The notes beneath the pieces are model-generated. The model was not told the origin of the DNA, made no database searches, and was given only the letters and a program-made list of their open reading frames with translations. Position numbers and translations under genes: made by a program. A stretch of 64,000 bases of DNA from Rhynchopus sp. YZ270_cl-10 (Eukaryota), in contig OZ037837.1 of assembly GCA_964035575.1 (NCBI GenBank), forward strand, positions 868,001 to 932,000, given 5' to 3'. Below, piece after piece: positions 59,634 through 64,000 of the stretch (its first letter is position 1; every line of letters starts with the position of its first letter).

Positions 59634-61649
59634 TACACAGTACACAGTACACAGTACACAGTACACAGTACACAGTACACAGTACACAGTACACAGTACA
59701 CAGTACACAGTACACAGTACACAGTACACAGTACACAGTACACAGTACACAGTACACAGTACACAGTACACAGTACACAGTACACAGTACACAGTACACA
59801 GTACACAGTACACAGTACACAGTACACAGTACACAGTACACAGTACACAGTACACAGTACACAGTACACAGTACACAGTACACAGTACACAGTACACAGT
59901 ACACAGTACACAGTACACAGTACACAGTACACAGTACACAGTACACAGTACACAGTACACAGTACACAGTACACAGTACACAGTACACAGTACACAGTAC
60001 ACAGTACACAGTACACAGTACACAGTACACAGTACACAGTACACAGTACACAGTACACAGTACACAGTACACAGTACACAGTACACAGTACACAGTACAC
60101 AGTACACAGTACACAGTACACAGTACACAGTACACAGTACACAGTACACAGTACACAGTACACAGTACACAGTACACAGTACACAGTACACAGTACACAG
60201 TACACAGTACACAGTACACAGTACACAGTACACAGTACACAGTACACAGTACACAGTACACAGTACACAGTACACAGTACACAGTACACAGTACACAGTA
60301 CACAGTACACAGTACACAGTACACAGTACACAGTACACAGTACACAGTACACAGTACACAGTACACAGTACACAGTACACAGTACACAGTACACAGTACA
60401 CAGTACACAGTACACAGTACACAGTACACAGTACACAGTACACAGTACACAGTACACAGTACACAGTACACAGTACACAGTACACAGTACACAGTACACA
60501 GTACACAGTACACAGTACACAGTACACAGTACACAGTACACAGTACACAGTACACAGTACACAGTACACAGTACACAGTACACAGTACACAGTACACAGT
60601 ACACAGTACACAGTACACAGTACACAGTACACAGTACACAGTACACAGTACACAGTACACAGTACACAGTACACAGTACACAGTACACAGTACACAGTAC
60701 ACAGTACACAGTACACAGTACACAGTACACAGTACACAGTACACAGTACACAGTACACAGTACACAGTACACAGTACACAGTACACAGTACACAGTACAC
60801 AGTACACAGTACACAGTACACAGTACACAGTACACAGTACACAGTACACAGTACACAGTACACAGTACACAGTACACAGTACACAGTACACAGTACACAG
60901 TACACAGTACACAGTACACAGTACACAGTACACAGTACACAGTACACAGTACACAGTACACAGTACACAGTACACAGTACACAGTACACAGTACACAGTA
61001 CACAGTACACAGTACACAGTACACAGTACACAGTACACAGTACACAGTACACAGTACACAGTACACAGTACACAGTACACAGTACACAGTACACAGTACA
61101 CAGTACACAGTACACAGTACACAGTACACAGTACACAGTACACAGTACACAGTACACAGTACACAGTACACAGTACACAGTACACAGTACACAGTACACA
61201 GTACACAGTACACAGTACACAGTACACAGTACACAGTACACAGTACACAGTACACAGTACACAGTACACAGTACACAGTACACAGTACACAGTACACAGT
61301 ACACAGTACACAGTACACAGTACACAGTACACAGTACACAGTACACAGTACACAGTACACAGTACACAGTACACAGTACACAGTACACAGTACACAGTAC
61401 ACAGTACACAGTACACAGTACACAGTACACAGTACACAGTACACAGTACACAGTACACAGTACACAGTACACAGTACACAGTACACAGTACACAGTACAC
61501 AGTACACAGTACACAGTACACAGTACACAGTACACAGTACACAGTACACAGTACACAGTACACAGTACACAGTACACAGTACACAGTACACAGTACACAG
61601 TACACAGTACACAGTACACAGTACACAGTACACAGTACACAGTACACAG
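59634..61649. repeat. (TACACAG)n 7-mer satellite, ~288 units
   Basis: Perfect array as read. Confidence 0.99.
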
Positions 61650-62076
61650 TACAGTACAGTACAGTACAGTACAGTACAGTACAGTACAGTACAGTACAGT
61701 ACAGTACAGTACAGTACAGTACAGTACAGTACAGTACAGTACAGTACAGTACAGTACAGTACAGTACAGTACAGTACAGTACAGTACAGTACAGTACAGT
61801 ACAGTACAGTACAGTACAGTACAGTACAGTACAGTACAGTACAGTACAGTACAGTACAGTACAGTACAGTACAGTACAGTACAGTACAGTACAGTACAGT
61901 ACAGTACAGTACAGTACAGTACAGTACAGTACAGTACAGTACAGTACAGTACAGTACAGTACAGTACAGTACAGTACAGTACAGTACAGTACAGTACAGT
62001 ACAGTACAGTACAGTACAGTACAGTACAGTACAGTACAGTACAGTACAGTACAGTACAGTACAGTACAGTACAGTA
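61650..62076. repeat. (TACAG)n 5-mer satellite, ~85 units
   Basis: Abrupt switch from the 7-mer. Confidence 0.99.
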
Positions 62077-62093
62077 ACTAGCGATTCACATAT

Positions 62094-62970
62094 CAGCCAA
62101 AATCTCGTTAAGCGTATACTTCTGGTCCTCGTTCTCTTAATAAACCACAGATGCAATTTTTTGAGCCTGTGACCCCACATTTAACTCATTTCGATCCGCT
62201 GATTTCAATCCCAAAAAAATTCAAAACAATGTTTGTTGAAATTTTCTGGCTTTTCTGAACTTTTTCGCTCCTTTTCTGGTCGAGCAGCCATTTTCACTTT
62301 TCTGGTGTAGGGGTAGGTTTTCTGGGTGGTACAGTGGTGTGTCTGGGCACCTGGGTGCTGGTGTATTTTCGGCCCAGGTACCCAGACCCATGCAGTGGCA
62401 CATGACCTCTAGTGTGAGTGACCCACGCAGGAGGGAATGTATACAGGTACACAGGTAAAACCCGTTAAAATTGTGTGTAAAAGTTCCTCAAAGCCAAAAA
62501 AGTTCAACAAAGCCCTGTTTTCACCTCCCAAAAAGTCGTTTTCTCTTGATTCGTGATTTCTGAGTGTGCACTCAGAAATCACTTATCAAGAAAACGACTT
62601 TTCTGGTCGATAAAAATAGCTATTTGTGAAATAGTGTCGGCAGGTTTTTTCACTTTTTGATCTCCGACGCCTGAGGTGAAGTTGTCTTCCAAACACCCCG
62701 AAAATAGGCGTATATCACTGTGTTAAACCCAAGGAGGAAATTTCCTCACCGTACATGGCACTGTGCAGTGCTCAGTACATAGTACCCATTCTCCCGCCGT
62801 CCACTCGCTCGCCCCAGATGCATATTTCTGAGCGTCCGACCGGAATTAAACGTTTTCGCACCCTATCTTTCCAAGAATATTTTTTTTTCAGAATGTGCCC
62901 GGGCCATAAAATCGATAAATTCTACGGGTTCACAGTCTAGTACGCTTGAGGCAGGGGGTGTAATATTTTC
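62094..62970. mobile_element. Truncated, inverted relative of 39135-40048 with a different middle
   Basis: ATAT-CAGCCAAAATCTC start. 62094-62225 matches the reverse complement of ~39920-40048, and 62735-62970 matches the reverse complement of ~39282-39525. Confidence 0.8.
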
Positions 62971-63540
62971 ATTTAATTCACAAAACCATGTGGCTGACGA
63001 CCCCAAAATAGCACAGTGTGACAGAGTCAGAACAGCATTGGTTCACTCCAAACGCGTCAGCATCGGGGGAGGTGTTGGCGACATACGACCTGCACACCAC
63101 ACACGACACTGCTGTAGTGCACATTCTGCACAACTAATCTACGGCGAGGTCGTTGCGAAGCAGTACTGGGTGCAAGGCGCAGCGGTACAGCACAGGCAAA
63201 GTTCCACGGGGAGTCCGGCATTGCGACTATGAAGGAAGCTTACCCTGAAGTTGCATAGGGGGGTCTGGGTGGCATATACTTTACCCCCCCCCCCCCACAC
63301 GACGGTGAAGAATGGTACATCACAAGTGAAGTCAAGTTACTCTTAACGTCACAAGTGAAAAATGGGTACAAATGTCACTAATAACGTTACAAGTGCCACA
63401 CGTATGTGGGAGGAGCCGTTTACATGTACCCGGATTAGTACGACACATTGCGCGCGGGCGCTGCGAGCGAAGCCTTTGCGCGAAGCGCAAAGGCGAGCGA
63501 GCCGGGGGGGTCTGGGGGGGCGGAGCCCCCCCAGAAAAAT

Positions 63541-64000
63541 TTTAGGGTGTTGTTTTGGCTCTAATTGCCCAAAATTGTGTTTTTCGAACCGAATGACCCC
63601 CTCCTCTGAGTTCACCATATTTTTGCTCGATTTATTTAGTGGAGTAGAACCCCCCTAAACGGCTATTTAAACCCAAAAACACACATTCAAAATAAATAGT
63701 GTTAGAGATTTGCCGTACAAATATGGCTGTAGAAATAGGCCAATTTTTTTTGTGAAAATGGGGGTCGGGGACCTTGTATTTAGAAAAATTGCTGGGTAAT
63801 TTTTTTCCAAAAAAAATGACGTATTTGGACGTTTTCGCGCTCGATCTTCCCAATCAAAAAAAAACCAATAGCTATTTTTCACAACCTGGTCTGGTTACTT
63901 TACCCACTCAGCCAAAAAGTGGGATTTTCCAAAACTGATTCTTGTATTTTAGGGTGTTGTTTTGGCTCTAATTGCCCAAAATTGTGTTTTTCGAACCGAA
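63541..64000. repeat. 407-bp tandem repeat running off the window end
   Basis: AGGGTGTTGTTTTGGCTCTAATTGCCC at 63544 and 63951. Confidence 0.85.

Noticed and set aside
59634..62076. Telomeric repeat
   Set aside because: Internal position, no G-run telomere-type unit, and flanked by TE sequence.
59511..62180. 679-889-aa ORFs
   Set aside because: Same satellite artefact.

Overview
Eukaryotic (probably protist) genomic DNA that is extremely rich in DNA transposons. The GT-AG intron, co-oriented host genes and expanded BspA-LRR and DUF4116 families would fit a euglenozoan such as a diplonemid, but that is inference. All seven recognisable host genes lie on the minus strand. They are two tandem B-box/coiled-coil/ubiquitin-like/LRR paralogues, a spliced gene that reuses the same B-box, three tandem Ubl+DUF4116 paralogues and a small papain/C39-like ORF. 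Most of the remainder is nested TIR elements, definable by TIRs and TSDs and in several cases by empty sites in paralogous units. These include CMC-like, piggyBac-like, Tc1/mariner-type, MULE, hAT (8-bp and 6-bp TSD), Harbinger-like and ISL2EU-like elements. There is one intact MULE transposase-SWIM-OTU gene and a family of related CAGTA-based satellites. Most notable are a 1.19-kb direct duplication flanking the MULE in place of a 9-bp TSD, a cargo block shared by unrelated transposon shells, and cruciform elements with GCGNAGC hairpins. Also notable are antisense and spacer-like transposase copies inside the MULE, and combinatorially variable LRR residues. All comparisons were made by eye and coordinates may be off by a few bases.
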